From Deltaproteobacteria bacterium RBG_16_49_23 (GTDB taxonomy: Bacteria; Desulfobacterota; BSN033; UBA1163), in contig MGQQ01000025.1 of NCBI GenBank assembly GCA_001798855.1, positions 1,740 to 65,739 on the forward strand: a stretch of 64,000 bases of DNA, written 5' to 3'. The translations under genes were made by a program, and so were the position numbers. Positions 32,286 through 42,456 of this stretch are shown here, in pieces (the first letter of the stretch is position 1; each line of letters starts with the position of its first letter). The notes beneath the pieces were generated by a model, which saw only the letters and a list, made by a program, of their open reading frames with translations, was not told the DNA's origin and searched no databases.

Positions 32286-33272
32286 TTACTCATCACCTTT
32301 TGCTCTATCCCCCGCGCTCTTTCCCCTATGGAAACTGCGGGGATGTGCTTTATCGTAAACCTCCATCAATTTGCCCAGGCTGAGGTGGATATACCTCTGA
32401 GTCGTCGAAAGGCTCGCATGCCCCAGCATCTCCTGAATCTCCCGGATATCGGCCCCTGCATCCAAAAGATGAGTGGCAAAGCTATGCCGGAGACTGTGAG
32501 GGCTCACTCTTCGGACAATACCCGAAGACCTCGTATACTGCTTGATCAACCTTCCAACGCTCCGGCTGGTCAGTCTTCCTCCTCTCAGGTTGATGAAGAG
32601 GGCCCCTTCGTCCTCCGGGTTCCCCCGCCGTTCCAGATAAGCGTTGAGGGCTTCGATGGCCTTTTTGCCGATGGGGACAATCCGCTCCTTTCTCCCCTTT
32701 CCCATCACCCGTACGATCCCGAGACGGAGATCCAGATGTTTTAAATTCAGCCCTACCAGTTCCCCCACTCTTAACCCACTCGAATAGAGAAGTTCCAGAA
32801 TGGCCCGGTCCCTGACCGCCCTTTTCTTTGCCTCTGCCTTGGAAGGTTTCTCAGAAGACCTACCGGGTGATTCCATGAGCCGGAATGCCTCATCTACGGT
32901 GAGGGTGGCAGGCAGATATTTCTCTACTTTGGGCGTCGAGACAGCCTTTGCCGGATTGGAAGAAACGAGTTTTTCCTTCGCCAGATATCGGAAGAAGGAT
33001 CGGAGAGTGGATATCTTTCTCGCAATCGAGCTCTTCTTATTTTTTCGGTGAAGAACACTGAGATATTTCCGGATAACGATCCGGTCCACTTTTTCCATCT
33101 CCGGTTTTCCCCGCAGGGAAATTTCCCCGCCTTGACTCTTTAAAAAATTTTCGAACTCTTCCAGGTCTTTTTGATAGCACCGGCAGGTATGGGGAGAGGC
33201 ATTCTTCTCCGCCGATAGGTAATGGATAAATTGCTGGATGAGGTCATCCTGCCCTGGGGAATCAGCGCCCAT
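32286..33272 (-). CDS. xerC: Tyrosine recombinase XerC
   Basis: RDRAILELLYSSGLR, GKGRKER, HSLRHSFATH, LGHASLSTTQRY; directly upstream of hslVU. Confidence 0.93.
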   Translation of the reverse strand: MGADSPGQDDLIQQFIHYLSAEKNASPHTCRCYQKDLEEFENFLKSQGGEISLRGKPEMEKVDRIVIRKYLSVLHRKNKKSSIARKISTLRSFFRYLAKEKLVSSNPAKAVSTPKVEKYLPATLTVDEAFRLMESPGRSSEKPSKAEAKKRAVRDRAILELLYSSGLRVGELVGLNLKHLDLRLGIVRVMGKGRKERIVPIGKKAIEALNAYLERRGNPEDEGALFINLRGGRLTSRSVGRLIKQYTRSSGIVRRVSPHSLRHSFATHLLDAGADIREIQEMLGHASLSTTQRYIHLSLGKLMEVYDKAHPRSFHRGKSAGDRAKGDE

Positions 33273-33429
33273 TTTATCCGCCTGGAATCCTGAACTTTAT
33301 GAAAAAGCCGTTAAAAAAGAATTTTATAACACAAATTTCAAATTTATCAATAAGATTTTGATGCAACCCATCAATTTTTCTTCACTTTTAACACAAGTGA
33401 GCATTGATATTCATGTACTTATTTTTTCA

Positions 33430-33459
33430 TTGACATTATAAAGTATTTTTGTGTAAACT
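33430..33459 (+). promoter_or_regulatory. Putative sigma70 promoter for dodecin
   Basis: TTGACA-18 nt-TAAACT with extended TG. Confidence 0.55.
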
Positions 33460-33500
33460 TTCTAATATAAACTCAATTTAAAAAGAAGGAGGTGAGAGAA

Positions 33501-33713
33501 ATGGCGGAGCCAAGAGTTGCAAGGGTAACAGAGATTATTTCAAGTTCTCCTAAGGGATTTGATGAGGCTGTCAAGATCGGGTTTGCGAGAGCAACAAAGA
33601 CCTTGAGGGGGATCACGGGACTTCGGGTTGTTGATTTCCGGGTGGCTGTGGAGAATTCAAAGATTACTGAATATCGTGTAAGAATGGAAGTCATCTTCGT
33701 CCTCGAAACATAA
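33501..33713 (+). CDS. Dodecin family flavin-binding protein
   Basis: VARVTEIISSSPKGFDEAV..RATKTLRGI..YRVRMEVIFVLE; SD AAGGAGG. Confidence 0.88.
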   Translation: MAEPRVARVTEIISSSPKGFDEAVKIGFARATKTLRGITGLRVVDFRVAVENSKITEYRVRMEVIFVLET

Positions 33714-33762
33714 AGCATTCATTCTTCCTCGCCTACGCTGATGCCTTAGCGTAAGCAGGTAA

Positions 33763-33914
33763 ACCCCATTAGAATAATTCCAGCGGGGTATTAAACTCCG
33801 CTGGAATTATTCTAAAATGTTACCTCGCTGCAGCCTCCGCCCCAGAGGGGCTTCTGCCCCGGAGGGAGGGCCCCTGGCCCGGAGGGAGCAGTGGTCCATT
33901 ATTTCTAACGGGGT
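33763..33914. mobile_element. MITE family C with nested insertions
   Basis: ACCCCATTAGAAT...GGTCCATTATTTCTAACGGGGT; contains hairpin TTAGAATAATTCCAGCGG..CCGCTGGAATTATTCTAA and F-type units at about 33834-33886. Confidence 0.75.
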
Positions 33915-33971
33915 AAAAAAGCCCTTTCCTTTTCCAAGTCGCATCGACTTGTCCGGGTTAGGGCTTTTTTT
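33915..33971. terminator. Probable bidirectional terminator
   Basis: AAAAAAGCCCT...AGGGCTTTTTTT between convergent genes. Confidence 0.6.
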
Positions 33972-33982
33972 CGAGCTTCACT

Positions 33983-34963
33983 CTATTTCAAGCGGGGCTT
34001 CTCCTTCATGACCTTTGCCAATTCTTCCTGACCAACCGTCGCTGTTCCCACCTTTCCAACCACAATCCCGGCCGCATGATTGGCAAGCTCCGCCGCCCTT
34101 CTAATGTTGGCTCCTGCTCCCAAGGCAAGAGCCATCGTTCCGATCACCGTATCGCCGGCGCCGGTCACATCATACACCTCCCTTGCCTCGGTCGGCACAA
34201 GAAGAGGCTTCCGATGAGGTTCAAAGATGGCCATCCCATCTTCTCCCCGTGTAATCACCAGCGCATCACATTTCAACCTTTTTAAAAGAGTCCTGCCCGC
34301 CCTATCCAAGGAGGTTTCATCCGTGATGGATATCCTCGAGGCGGAACTCGCCTCCGCTGTATTGGGTGTCACGACGGTGGCTCCTCTGTAAAAAAAGAAA
34401 TTTTTAATCTTCGGGTCGACCATCACAAACTTTCCTGCCTCCCCTGCCTTCCGGATGACATTCCTCACCAGACTTCTTGTTAGCAGACCTTTTCCGTAAT
34501 CGGAAAGGATGATTCCATCAAAACTCTTTGTCTTCTGTTTCAAATAGCCGGAGAAGCTTCGAAGTGTGGAAACCTTCGGGCGCTGGGTTGTCTCCCGGTC
34601 GATTCGAACCAGTTGCTGGTGGTGGGCGATAATCCGGGTCTTGACCGTCGTCTGCCTTCCCGGTTCAACGGATATCCCACTGCGATCAACTCCCATCTCG
34701 CCCAGTCTTTGAATGACCTTCCGGCCCATCTCGTCATCGCCTACAACGCCGCAGAGGGAAGCTTTCCCTCCGAGGGAATGGATATTATTCACCACATTGG
34801 CCGCTCCTCCGAGGAGAAAGGTCTCCCTCTCCACCACCACCACGGGAACAGGAGCCTCAGGGGAGATTCGGGAGACATCTCCCCAGATGAACCGGTCCAA
34901 CATGATATCACCCACGACGAGAATCCTTACCCCCGAAAACCTCCTGATGATCTTTTCAAACAT
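33983..34963 (-). CDS. rfaE1: D-glycero-beta-D-manno-heptose-7-phosphate kinase (stand-alone HldE domain I)
   Basis: RISPEAPVPVV, GGAANV, SDYGKG, VYDVTGAGDTV. Confidence 0.95.
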   Translation of the reverse strand: MFEKIIRRFSGVRILVVGDIMLDRFIWGDVSRISPEAPVPVVVVERETFLLGGAANVVNNIHSLGGKASLCGVVGDDEMGRKVIQRLGEMGVDRSGISVEPGRQTTVKTRIIAHHQQLVRIDRETTQRPKVSTLRSFSGYLKQKTKSFDGIILSDYGKGLLTRSLVRNVIRKAGEAGKFVMVDPKIKNFFFYRGATVVTPNTAEASSASRISITDETSLDRAGRTLLKRLKCDALVITRGEDGMAIFEPHRKPLLVPTEAREVYDVTGAGDTVIGTMALALGAGANIRRAAELANHAAGIVVGKVGTATVGQEELAKVMKEKPRLK

Positions 34964-35017
34964 TCTCTATCCCTCTATCCATCTACTGACCATTGATAAT
35001 TGGTAATTGACTATTGA

Positions 35018-35959
35018 TCATTTCATGTTTTTAAAGAATTCCACCGTTCTACTAAGCCCTTCCTCAATTCCAACTTTCGGATCATAATTCAATACTGCTT
35101 TCGCCCGCTTGATGTCGGCCAGCGAGTGTCTGACATCTCCTTTTCTGGGTTCCTCATAGAGAGGCGACACATGGGAGCCAATAATATCCTGAAGAATCTT
35201 TAATAACTGATTTAAAGATACCCTCCTGCCACAGGCAACATTGACCGTTTCTCCCCGGGTGCGCTCTGCAACCATTGCCAGAAGATTGGCGTGAACGACA
35301 TTGTCGATATAGGTGAAGTCCCGGGATTGCTCCCCATCGCCGAAGATAACCGGAGGGCGATTCGAGACCAGAGCATCGATAAACCTCGGAATAACAGCGG
35401 AATAAAGGGAATTGGGATCCTGTTTCGGACCAAAAATATTGAAATACCTGAAAGAGATCGTCTCCAATCCATAAAGTTGAGAAAAGAGCCGGCAATATTC
35501 CTCCCCGATAAACTTCTGCAATGCATAGGGCGAGAGAGGTTTGGGAACCATTTCCTCTTTCTTGGGCAGAGTCGGGGTATCCCCGTAGGCTGAGGAGGAG
35601 GCTGCATAGATCACTCGTTTCACCCCTGTATCCCTGGCCGCGATGAGAATATTTAAGGTTCCTTCCGCATTCACCTGATGGGTGGTCAGAGGATCTTCGA
35701 CCGACCGTTGAACCGATGGCAGGGCTGCCTGGTGAAAAACATATTCGATGCCCTCCATGGCCCTCTGGCAGGAGGTCATGTCGCAGATGTCTCGTTCGAC
35801 AACCTCAAGGAAGGGATAAACTTCACCAAAGACTAAATTCTCCCTCTTCCCTGTTGAAAAATTATCGAGAACGCGAACCTGATGCCCCATCCTGAGCAAT
35901 GCTTCCGTCAGGTTCGACCCGATAAAACCCGCTCCCCCCGTCACCAGCACATATGACAT
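35018..35959 (-). CDS. NAD-dependent sugar epimerase (WbpP/WbgU-like)
   Basis: TGGAGFIGSN, HQAALPSV, SPYALQK, RYFNIFGPKQDP. Confidence 0.9.
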   Translation of the reverse strand: MSYVLVTGGAGFIGSNLTEALLRMGHQVRVLDNFSTGKRENLVFGEVYPFLEVVERDICDMTSCQRAMEGIEYVFHQAALPSVQRSVEDPLTTHQVNAEGTLNILIAARDTGVKRVIYAASSSAYGDTPTLPKKEEMVPKPLSPYALQKFIGEEYCRLFSQLYGLETISFRYFNIFGPKQDPNSLYSAVIPRFIDALVSNRPPVIFGDGEQSRDFTYIDNVVHANLLAMVAERTRGETVNVACGRRVSLNQLLKILQDIIGSHVSPLYEEPRKGDVRHSLADIKRAKAVLNYDPKVGIEEGLSRTVEFFKNMK

Positions 35960-35996
35960 TTTCTCTTCCTCTCAGTGAATAGAATGAAGGCCATCG

Positions 35997-36983
35997 TCAA
36001 TCATGATACCCCTCCGGATGTTTACAGAACCATTGCCAGGCAGTGTCAATGATTGTCCCTAACCCGGGATATTTCTGCGCCCATCCCAACTCTCTCTTAA
36101 TCTTCGCTGAACTCGCTACCAATCGGGAGGGATCCCCGGGTCTCCGCGCTGATTCAATCACCCCAATTCTTTTTCCTGTGACCCGGCTGACAACCTTGAT
36201 CACTTCCTTGACTGAATAACCATTCCCATTCCCAAGATTATAGGCGCCGGCAAACCGGCCCTCTTCTAATTTTTTTAAGGCTAACAGATGGGCATGGGAG
36301 AGGTCACTAACATGGATATAATCACGAATGCATGTTCCATCAGGAGTATCATAATCAGTCCCCAAAATAGGCACGGAGCTATTGTTCAGGGCTGCCCGGA
36401 ACACCATGGGAATGAGGTGAGTCTCCGGACGATGATCTTCTCCTAACTCACCTTCCGGATCAGCTCCTGCCGCATTGAAATACCTTAAGGAGATGGAATT
36501 CATTTTGCCGGTCTTAAAAAGAGTTTGCAGAACCCTCTCAAAGATCCACTTTGTCTCTCCATACGGATTGGTGGGTAAACATGGGTGCTCTTCTGTGATG
36601 GGGATCTCATGAGGCTCGCCATAAACGGCAGCAGAGGACGAAAAGACTATCTTGTTAATGCCAACTTCTTCCATGATTTCAATTAAATGGATGCCTTTCC
36701 TCACATTATTTTTAAAATACTTTACTGGATTCTCAACCGATTCCCCAACCAGGCAATCAGCCGCAAAATGGATGACCGCTTGAATCGGATAAGATTGGAG
36801 AGTCTCTTTGAGTTTCTCCCGATCTGCCAAATCTCCCTTCACAAAGGGAGCATCCCCAATGGCTTTCCGATGGCCTGTCTGGAGATTGTCATAGACGACG
36901 GGTTGATACCCTTGACGTAAGAGTTCTTTGACCACATGGCTCCCGATAAACCCCGCCCCCCCCGTCACCAATATATAGGACAT
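35997..36983 (-). CDS. galE: UDP-glucose 4-epimerase
   Basis: TGGAGFIGSH, FSSSAAVYG, NPYGETK, LRYFNAAGA, DGTCIRDYIHV. Confidence 0.95.
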   Translation of the reverse strand: MSYILVTGGAGFIGSHVVKELLRQGYQPVVYDNLQTGHRKAIGDAPFVKGDLADREKLKETLQSYPIQAVIHFAADCLVGESVENPVKYFKNNVRKGIHLIEIMEEVGINKIVFSSSAAVYGEPHEIPITEEHPCLPTNPYGETKWIFERVLQTLFKTGKMNSISLRYFNAAGADPEGELGEDHRPETHLIPMVFRAALNNSSVPILGTDYDTPDGTCIRDYIHVSDLSHAHLLALKKLEEGRFAGAYNLGNGNGYSVKEVIKVVSRVTGKRIGVIESARRPGDPSRLVASSAKIKRELGWAQKYPGLGTIIDTAWQWFCKHPEGYHD

Positions 36984-37091
36984 TTCCTCTTTCTCTTAGC
37001 GGATATACGGAAATATTTAAAGCATATCTCTTTTATCAGAACCATCTCTCTTTTTCAAGCTTGCATAAGGGAAACCATCCTTTCACCCATT

Positions 37092-37472
37092 TTAATTTGA
37101 ATGGTTTTGTGAAAGGTTGTGGTGACTCCTGAATTCCCTAAGCTCCAGTTCCATAAGGGCATACCTTTGGGCCAGTTCTTTATTTTGACTTGTTAACTTA
37201 GAAATCACCACGGAGAAATGGAGGACGATCAGGAGGAGAAAGGAAAAGGCGATTAAAACCACCGCGGACAAATAGAATATGCCTGTCAACTTAACAAAAA
37301 ACTGGGAGAGGAAAAACTCGGGCCACAAACTAAAAAGCAAGATGACTGCGCCGGTAAAGAGCCAGAGGATGGCATATTCTTCCCGAAGTCTCTTCCGCCT
37401 GATTAGTTCCAAGGTGACCAAGAGCAGAATCATGCTAAGTCCCCCGATAATGATTTGGATCTTGATTAACAT
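37092..37472 (-). CDS. DUF2304-family small membrane protein
   Basis: Three hydrophobic segments, RRKRLREEYAILW, KELAQ coiled coil; coupled to a DPM1-like GT2. Confidence 0.8.
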   Translation of the reverse strand: MLIKIQIIIGGLSMILLLVTLELIRRKRLREEYAILWLFTGAVILLFSLWPEFFLSQFFVKLTGIFYLSAVVLIAFSFLLLIVLHFSVVISKLTSQNKELAQRYALMELELREFRSHHNLSQNHSN

Positions 37473-38197
37473 CCTTCTTCCTCCTTTCCTAAACGGGGTG
37501 GTTTTTTAAAATAATCGACAAAGATAGCCAGGAGCACCTTCACCATATAGTAGATAGACCTGAGCTTCGTAATGGAAGATTCCCCGGAATATCTTTCACT
37601 CATCCCCACGGGTACCTCAACCATTTTTAAATGACATTGGTGGAGCAGGACTACGACCTCCGGCTCCGGATAATCTTGTGGGTATTCATACGCAAATAAT
37701 TGAATTGCCTTTCGATTTGCTGCTCTGAATCCCGAGGTGGGATCTGTGATTTTTTGCCTGACAAGGATTGAAATCACTCCGGAGAAGATGGAAATCCCCA
37801 CCCTCCTCATCATCGATGATTTAAATTCCGATTGACCAAGGAATCGTGAACCAATGGCCATATTCAGGTTCTTCTCCTCCAGGGCTTTGAGAAGTTTACC
37901 GATCTCTTTGGGATCATGTTGACCATCCCCATCCACCTGAACGGCGATATCATAGCCCTTCTGAGAAGCATACTGGTAACCGGTCTGCATGGCTCCACCG
38001 ATTCCTAAATTATAGGGGAGATCTAATACAACAGCTCCGGAGACCCTGGCTTTTTCTGAAGTGAGATCCGTTGATCCATCATTCACAATAAGAAGGTCAG
38101 CCTGTGAAAGATGAGTTCTTACTCCCTCGATCACTTTCCCTACAGAGCCTTCTTCATTGTAGGCGGGAATGATTACCAAAACTTTTCCCTTCTCCAT
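37466..38197 (-). CDS. DPM1-like GT2 glycosyltransferase
   Basis: IIPAYNEE, NDGSTD, DGDGQHDP, TDPTSGFRA, DYPEPE. Confidence 0.9.
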   Translation of the reverse strand: MEKGKVLVIIPAYNEEGSVGKVIEGVRTHLSQADLLIVNDGSTDLTSEKARVSGAVVLDLPYNLGIGGAMQTGYQYASQKGYDIAVQVDGDGQHDPKEIGKLLKALEEKNLNMAIGSRFLGQSEFKSSMMRRVGISIFSGVISILVRQKITDPTSGFRAANRKAIQLFAYEYPQDYPEPEVVVLLHQCHLKMVEVPVGMSERYSGESSITKLRSIYYMVKVLLAIFVDYFKKPPRLGKEEEGC

Positions 38198-38524
38198 AGA
38201 CAACTTTTATCAAATTGGTTCCACTTTATCAAGTCAAAAAAGTCCAAATTGGATGAATGACGAGATCAGGAAATCCAAATTGGAAACTTTGTTCTATTCA
38301 ACAACAATTTAAATATTGAAAAGAATCAAAAGCGTTGATGAGATGTTTCCAGCCGTAAAAAGGAGTAATAAATGATACTGGGAAGAGGAGAGGACGGACG
38401 CCTTAAAAAATGTTTCAATGGAACATAGGGACGGGCTGAATGACTTGTTGAGGTTTCATTCGGGTGAAGATCAATATCGAGAAGAAATATGTGAATATCT
38501 CGATCTCCTCGCCAGTGGCTTTTC

Positions 38525-39970
38525 CTATTGCTTGAATACCTTTTTTATAACTCTATTGAAATAATATCCCGGGCTTTTTGTGATCAAATTCAAGGTATCA
38601 ATAGGATTTTTAAGAATAAATTCCTTTACCAACCCAATCTTCATTTTCCTTAATTTTTTCCGACCTTCAAAAAATACTTTTTTAAATTCTCTCCGGTCTA
38701 TATCCTCATCAAGCAGTAAAGGATTTTCTACATTATGAATGCTTAATAGATTCCAATCCATTTTGTTCTTAACCTTTCCCCTCTGTAAGGCTATTTTCCA
38801 AAAAGGGGTAGCCGGAAAAGGCGTGGCAATAAAACTCCAAATATACTTCGCTCGATGTTCAATTGCAAAATCAATAAAATCATTTGTCTTTTTCATATCT
38901 TCAATGGTTTCATTAGGAACTCCATACATCAAACTGCCAAATACCCCAATACCATGTTTTTTACTTAACAAAATGGCATTCTTGTTGATATCGACAGAAG
39001 TGGTATGACATTTTATTTCTTTTAATACCTTATCCGAGCCTGATTCAAAACCAAAATTTAGAGCCGTGATCTTAAGTTCATTTAGGGCTTCACATATCCT
39101 ATCATTCATTAGATCAGTTCTCTGAGTACAGTCAATCGATTGAATATGTTCAAATAAGCCATAGTTCTTAAAAGCGTTTTTAAGAAGACTTAGTCTTCCA
39201 TGACTCACCGCAAACAAATCGTCCAAAAATCCAACTGAATTTACGCCAAGTTCATCTATCGCTTTCCTAATCATTCTGGCTGTATATTCAGCCGAATGAA
39301 ACCGTATCTTGCCCCAAAAATGAGAGGTTGAACAGAAAAGGCATTTATATGGACATCCCCTCGAGCTGATTAAGTGAAGCCTTCTCCCCACATTTGCAGT
39401 CGAAAGATTTTCCATTTTTTGGAAATATATTTTGTCTAATAATTTGAAATCAGGTATGGGTATATCGTCAATATTCTCTATTGGTTCTCTTCTCGGAGTA
39501 AGAAATAACTCCTGTTTGTCAATGGGAAAAATCAACCCTTTGATTCCTTTGAGATCCTGAATTAAAAACTTTCTTTTCTTCGCATATAACAAAACGAGTT
39601 CTTTTAATGTCTCCTCACCTTCTCCCAGAACGCCTAAATCAAAAATGGGGCTAAACGATTCAGGCAATGATGAAATATGAACTCCTCCTATAATAAAAGG
39701 GGCGTTCTGGTCCTGTTTTAATTCTTTAGCGAACTTAATAACTTTACCATAATCTATTGTCATTGAGGTAAATCCAATGATATCTGGGGTAAATATTTTA
39801 ATGCTCTCATTCATATTGGAAGAGGTTCGGTCAAAGATTCTTACATTTTCATGTTCTATCCCCGCTTTCTCTTTTAAATAGGTAGCCAGATATACCAAGC
39901 CGAGGGGCGGTACCTTTTCGGCGTCTTCCTGCAAAGAAATGAATGCAATTTTTAGGTTGTTTCTTTGCAT
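38525..39970 (-). CDS. B12-binding radical SAM protein (AT-rich)
   Basis: PPLGLVYLA, GGVH, GEGEET, SRGCPYKCLFC, GFESGS. Confidence 0.9.
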   Translation of the reverse strand: MQRNNLKIAFISLQEDAEKVPPLGLVYLATYLKEKAGIEHENVRIFDRTSSNMNESIKIFTPDIIGFTSMTIDYGKVIKFAKELKQDQNAPFIIGGVHISSLPESFSPIFDLGVLGEGEETLKELVLLYAKKRKFLIQDLKGIKGLIFPIDKQELFLTPRREPIENIDDIPIPDFKLLDKIYFQKMENLSTANVGRRLHLISSRGCPYKCLFCSTSHFWGKIRFHSAEYTARMIRKAIDELGVNSVGFLDDLFAVSHGRLSLLKNAFKNYGLFEHIQSIDCTQRTDLMNDRICEALNELKITALNFGFESGSDKVLKEIKCHTTSVDINKNAILLSKKHGIGVFGSLMYGVPNETIEDMKKTNDFIDFAIEHRAKYIWSFIATPFPATPFWKIALQRGKVKNKMDWNLLSIHNVENPLLLDEDIDRREFKKVFFEGRKKLRKMKIGLVKEFILKNPIDTLNLITKSPGYYFNRVIKKVFKQ

Positions 39971-40088
39971 TTTAATACGACATTTCCTAAAATATTGAAT
40001 ACTGGTAATTATAAAGAGACGAGGTTTTACTGTTAATCTCGCATAAATCGGCCCACTTTTATCAAATAAAGTTTTCCTTTATTATGTA

Positions 40089-40736
40089 TTACGCATGGCC
40101 ACTGTCGGGTTGCCGAACGGCTACAATTAAAATGCACATGCCTAAAAAGTAAATTTTTTTTGCCAAGAAATCCGATTTCAGAATGGGAAAGTCCACGGCT
40201 CTGCAGCGCTTGATCTTAAACCCAGCCTTTCTAATACGGCTCATCCAACTCCAGGGGGGAAACGTATTGACATGAAAAGAATCTATTTTAAAGACTCCCG
40301 ATATAATCATGTCGTACCAATTCGGAACAGTCACAATCATTTCCGCCCCCGGTTTGAGGATTCGATATATCTCTTGAAGGAAAGGTGAAAGGTCTTTGAT
40401 ATGTTCAAGGACATCTAAACAAAGACAGGCGTCAAAACGTTCCGCTTGAAAACGAAGTGAGTCCAATTCTCCGCATTCCAACAAAATCTTATGGTCCTTT
40501 CCTATCCGTCTCGTTGTAAATTCAATGGCATGCGAACTGGTGTCAATCCCAACCAGTGTATTGAAACGGTCCTTGAGTTGAACAATGAATTCCCCTGTTC
40601 CACAACCAATGTCGATCAAAGATCCCCCTCCCCTGACATTGTTTAAAATAAGTTGCATCTTTTTATGCATAAGATGAGAGGGGTTTTTGTAAATCAGATC
40701 AAGCTTCTCATAATATTTGTTATTGGGGATTTTCAT
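40089..40736 (-). CDS. Class I SAM methyltransferase
   Basis: LIDIGCGTG, DVLEHI, LKPG, TVPN. Confidence 0.88.
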   Translation of the reverse strand: MKIPNNKYYEKLDLIYKNPSHLMHKKMQLILNNVRGGGSLIDIGCGTGEFIVQLKDRFNTLVGIDTSSHAIEFTTRRIGKDHKILLECGELDSLRFQAERFDACLCLDVLEHIKDLSPFLQEIYRILKPGAEMIVTVPNWYDMIISGVFKIDSFHVNTFPPWSWMSRIRKAGFKIKRCRAVDFPILKSDFLAKKIYFLGMCILIVAVRQPDSGHA

Positions 40737-40810
40737 CGATGCGAAATCCTGTCTCCAACAATAAATATTTTATGAAGATATTGGGCTCCCATTAGAAGTT
40801 CATTGTTTAA

Positions 40811-41494
40811 TTACTGTTTTCTCCCGGCAAAGTAACAATATCCTGAAAAAGCATTGATAAGCCTAAATCTGGACAAAACCTTCTCGCCGATGGAGGTTAA
40901 TTGATAGAGGGTTTTACCCATTCCATAAATGGTCATGCCCTGTTTCGAAATCTTAAAACTCCCAATCCCCGATTCTTTGAAGATTCTCTTCAGGTTTCTC
41001 TCCCTGATTCGATAGGATCCTTTTTCTACCCTCCAGTTTCGGTAAACAATGCTCATCATATAGACAAAGGGACACCATCCATTATTCTCTCCAGCAAAAC
41101 CAATGTAGCCCCCGTTTTTAAGGACACGAGAAGCTTCCGAAACTCCCTTTTGGATAACGGCCAAATGGTGAAGTATTCCAAATCCGTACACCAGGTCAAA
41201 CGTGTGATCCTTGAAAGGAAGAAACTCCATATCAGCGACTACCCCTTGCCTACCCTTCCTAATGATGGAGCGAATATTTTCAAACGAAATATCTATTCCA
41301 ATGGAAGGGCCAAAAATATCTTCCTGTCCCCCTCTCCCGCATCCACAGTTGAGACTTAATTTAACCTTTCGAACCGGAAATAGTTTCTGCAACCGTTCGA
41401 TATGGGTGCGGGTGCTAAGATTGACAATTTCATCGCCTCCTATTGGGGTTTTATGATCGTACCATCTTTGCTGGGTTAATTTTTGTTTGTCCAT
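40811..41494 (-). CDS. Class I SAM methyltransferase
   Basis: LNCGCGRG, ADMEFLPF..FDLV, LHHL, RVLKNGG. Confidence 0.85.
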   Translation of the reverse strand: MDKQKLTQQRWYDHKTPIGGDEIVNLSTRTHIERLQKLFPVRKVKLSLNCGCGRGGQEDIFGPSIGIDISFENIRSIIRKGRQGVVADMEFLPFKDHTFDLVYGFGILHHLAVIQKGVSEASRVLKNGGYIGFAGENNGWCPFVYMMSIVYRNWRVEKGSYRIRERNLKRIFKESGIGSFKISKQGMTIYGMGKTLYQLTSIGEKVLSRFRLINAFSGYCYFAGRKQ

Positions 41495-41497
41495 GGC

Positions 41498-41983
41498 CTA
41501 TTTCTCAATAAATGTCTTGATGATTCCTATGAGGTTTGATCTTCCCTCATTCCCTAACGAAACATATCTTCCCTTGTCTTTCAGGATCTCCTTGATTTTT
41601 TCCTCCAATCGAGTTTCCTCATAAATAACATGAATATGAGCCTCTTTCCGATCCTCTAAGGCTTTGGCAATCTCCATTTGATGGTCAGTCCCGTGTTCAC
41701 CAAACTTTTTCCTTCTTGGGAAAATTATAAGAGGTTTTCCATGCTCCTTGCAAAGGATAATCGTTCCAATCCCGGCATGGGAGATAACCAAATTCGATTT
41801 CTTAATAAATTCGACCGCCTCATCCATTGGAACGAAATCAAAATACCGGGTATGTTGAGGACAGTATTCCGAATATCCTTTCTGTACCACGATGTCATCC
41901 GTAAGGCGGGGAGCGATCTCGTCCACTTTTTTCAGTAAACGGTCAAATCCTTGATAATGATTGCCGACGGTCACAAAAATCAT
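41498..41983 (-). CDS. PssE/Cps14G (Alg13-like) glycosyltransferase subunit
   Basis: MIFVTVG..FDRL, ISHAGIGTI, PRRKKFGEH..DHQ. Confidence 0.9.
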   Translation of the reverse strand: MIFVTVGNHYQGFDRLLKKVDEIAPRLTDDIVVQKGYSEYCPQHTRYFDFVPMDEAVEFIKKSNLVISHAGIGTIILCKEHGKPLIIFPRRKKFGEHGTDHQMEIAKALEDRKEAHIHVIYEETRLEEKIKEILKDKGRYVSLGNEGRSNLIGIIKTFIEK

Positions 41984-42438
41984 ATGAGCCCCCCGACATA
42001 TTTTGCCCTGGAGCCATATTGTTTAAGCAAAGGCTCCCACTGGACTAAAAACAGGTCGGTGATGGGATAAACAAATCTCCCGGTCAGAGAAGGGCGGTAA
42101 ACTTGCGCGCTGCATTCCAAATAGATAAGTTTTGCGCGAAAAAGAAACTTCCCGAGGTAGAAAGGAGGCGCAGCGATCTCCGATCCGGTTGAAAATAAGA
42201 CATCTGGCCTCTCTTTCAGAAGGATGATCAATATTTTTATTATTCCAACAATAAAGGCGATGGGGCTTCTCAATATATTGGTCAGGTAATAAGTGTTTCC
42301 ACGATTGGTTGTGGCTTTTTCCCTATACGTAATCAGAAATATTGGATGCCCTTCAAAAGCCTCCCATAATTGAAGGATTTCCGTAAAATGGCCTCCTGGG
42401 GAACAAATGAGGCCGATCTTCTTGCGCTTTTTTAACAT
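41980..42438 (-). CDS. PssD/Cps14F (Alg14-like) subunit
   Basis: CSPGGH, ERPDVLFSTG, PSLTGR, FLVQW. Confidence 0.9.
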   Translation of the reverse strand: MLKKRKKIGLICSPGGHFTEILQLWEAFEGHPIFLITYREKATTNRGNTYYLTNILRSPIAFIVGIIKILIILLKERPDVLFSTGSEIAAPPFYLGKFLFRAKLIYLECSAQVYRPSLTGRFVYPITDLFLVQWEPLLKQYGSRAKYVGGLI

Positions 42439-42456
42439 TTGAATGGCCTCTGCCTT

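Noticed and set aside
32286-33272. Tyrosine recombinase as a prophage or island integrase
   Set aside because: Housekeeping xerC-hslVU context; no att repeats, tRNA or phage genes, and no dif site seen.
38372-38564. Two tiny plus-strand ORFs (18 aa with AAGGAG SD; 48 aa)
   Set aside because: No recognisable motif, and the second overlaps the radical SAM 3' end. It may be a remnant but I cannot support that.
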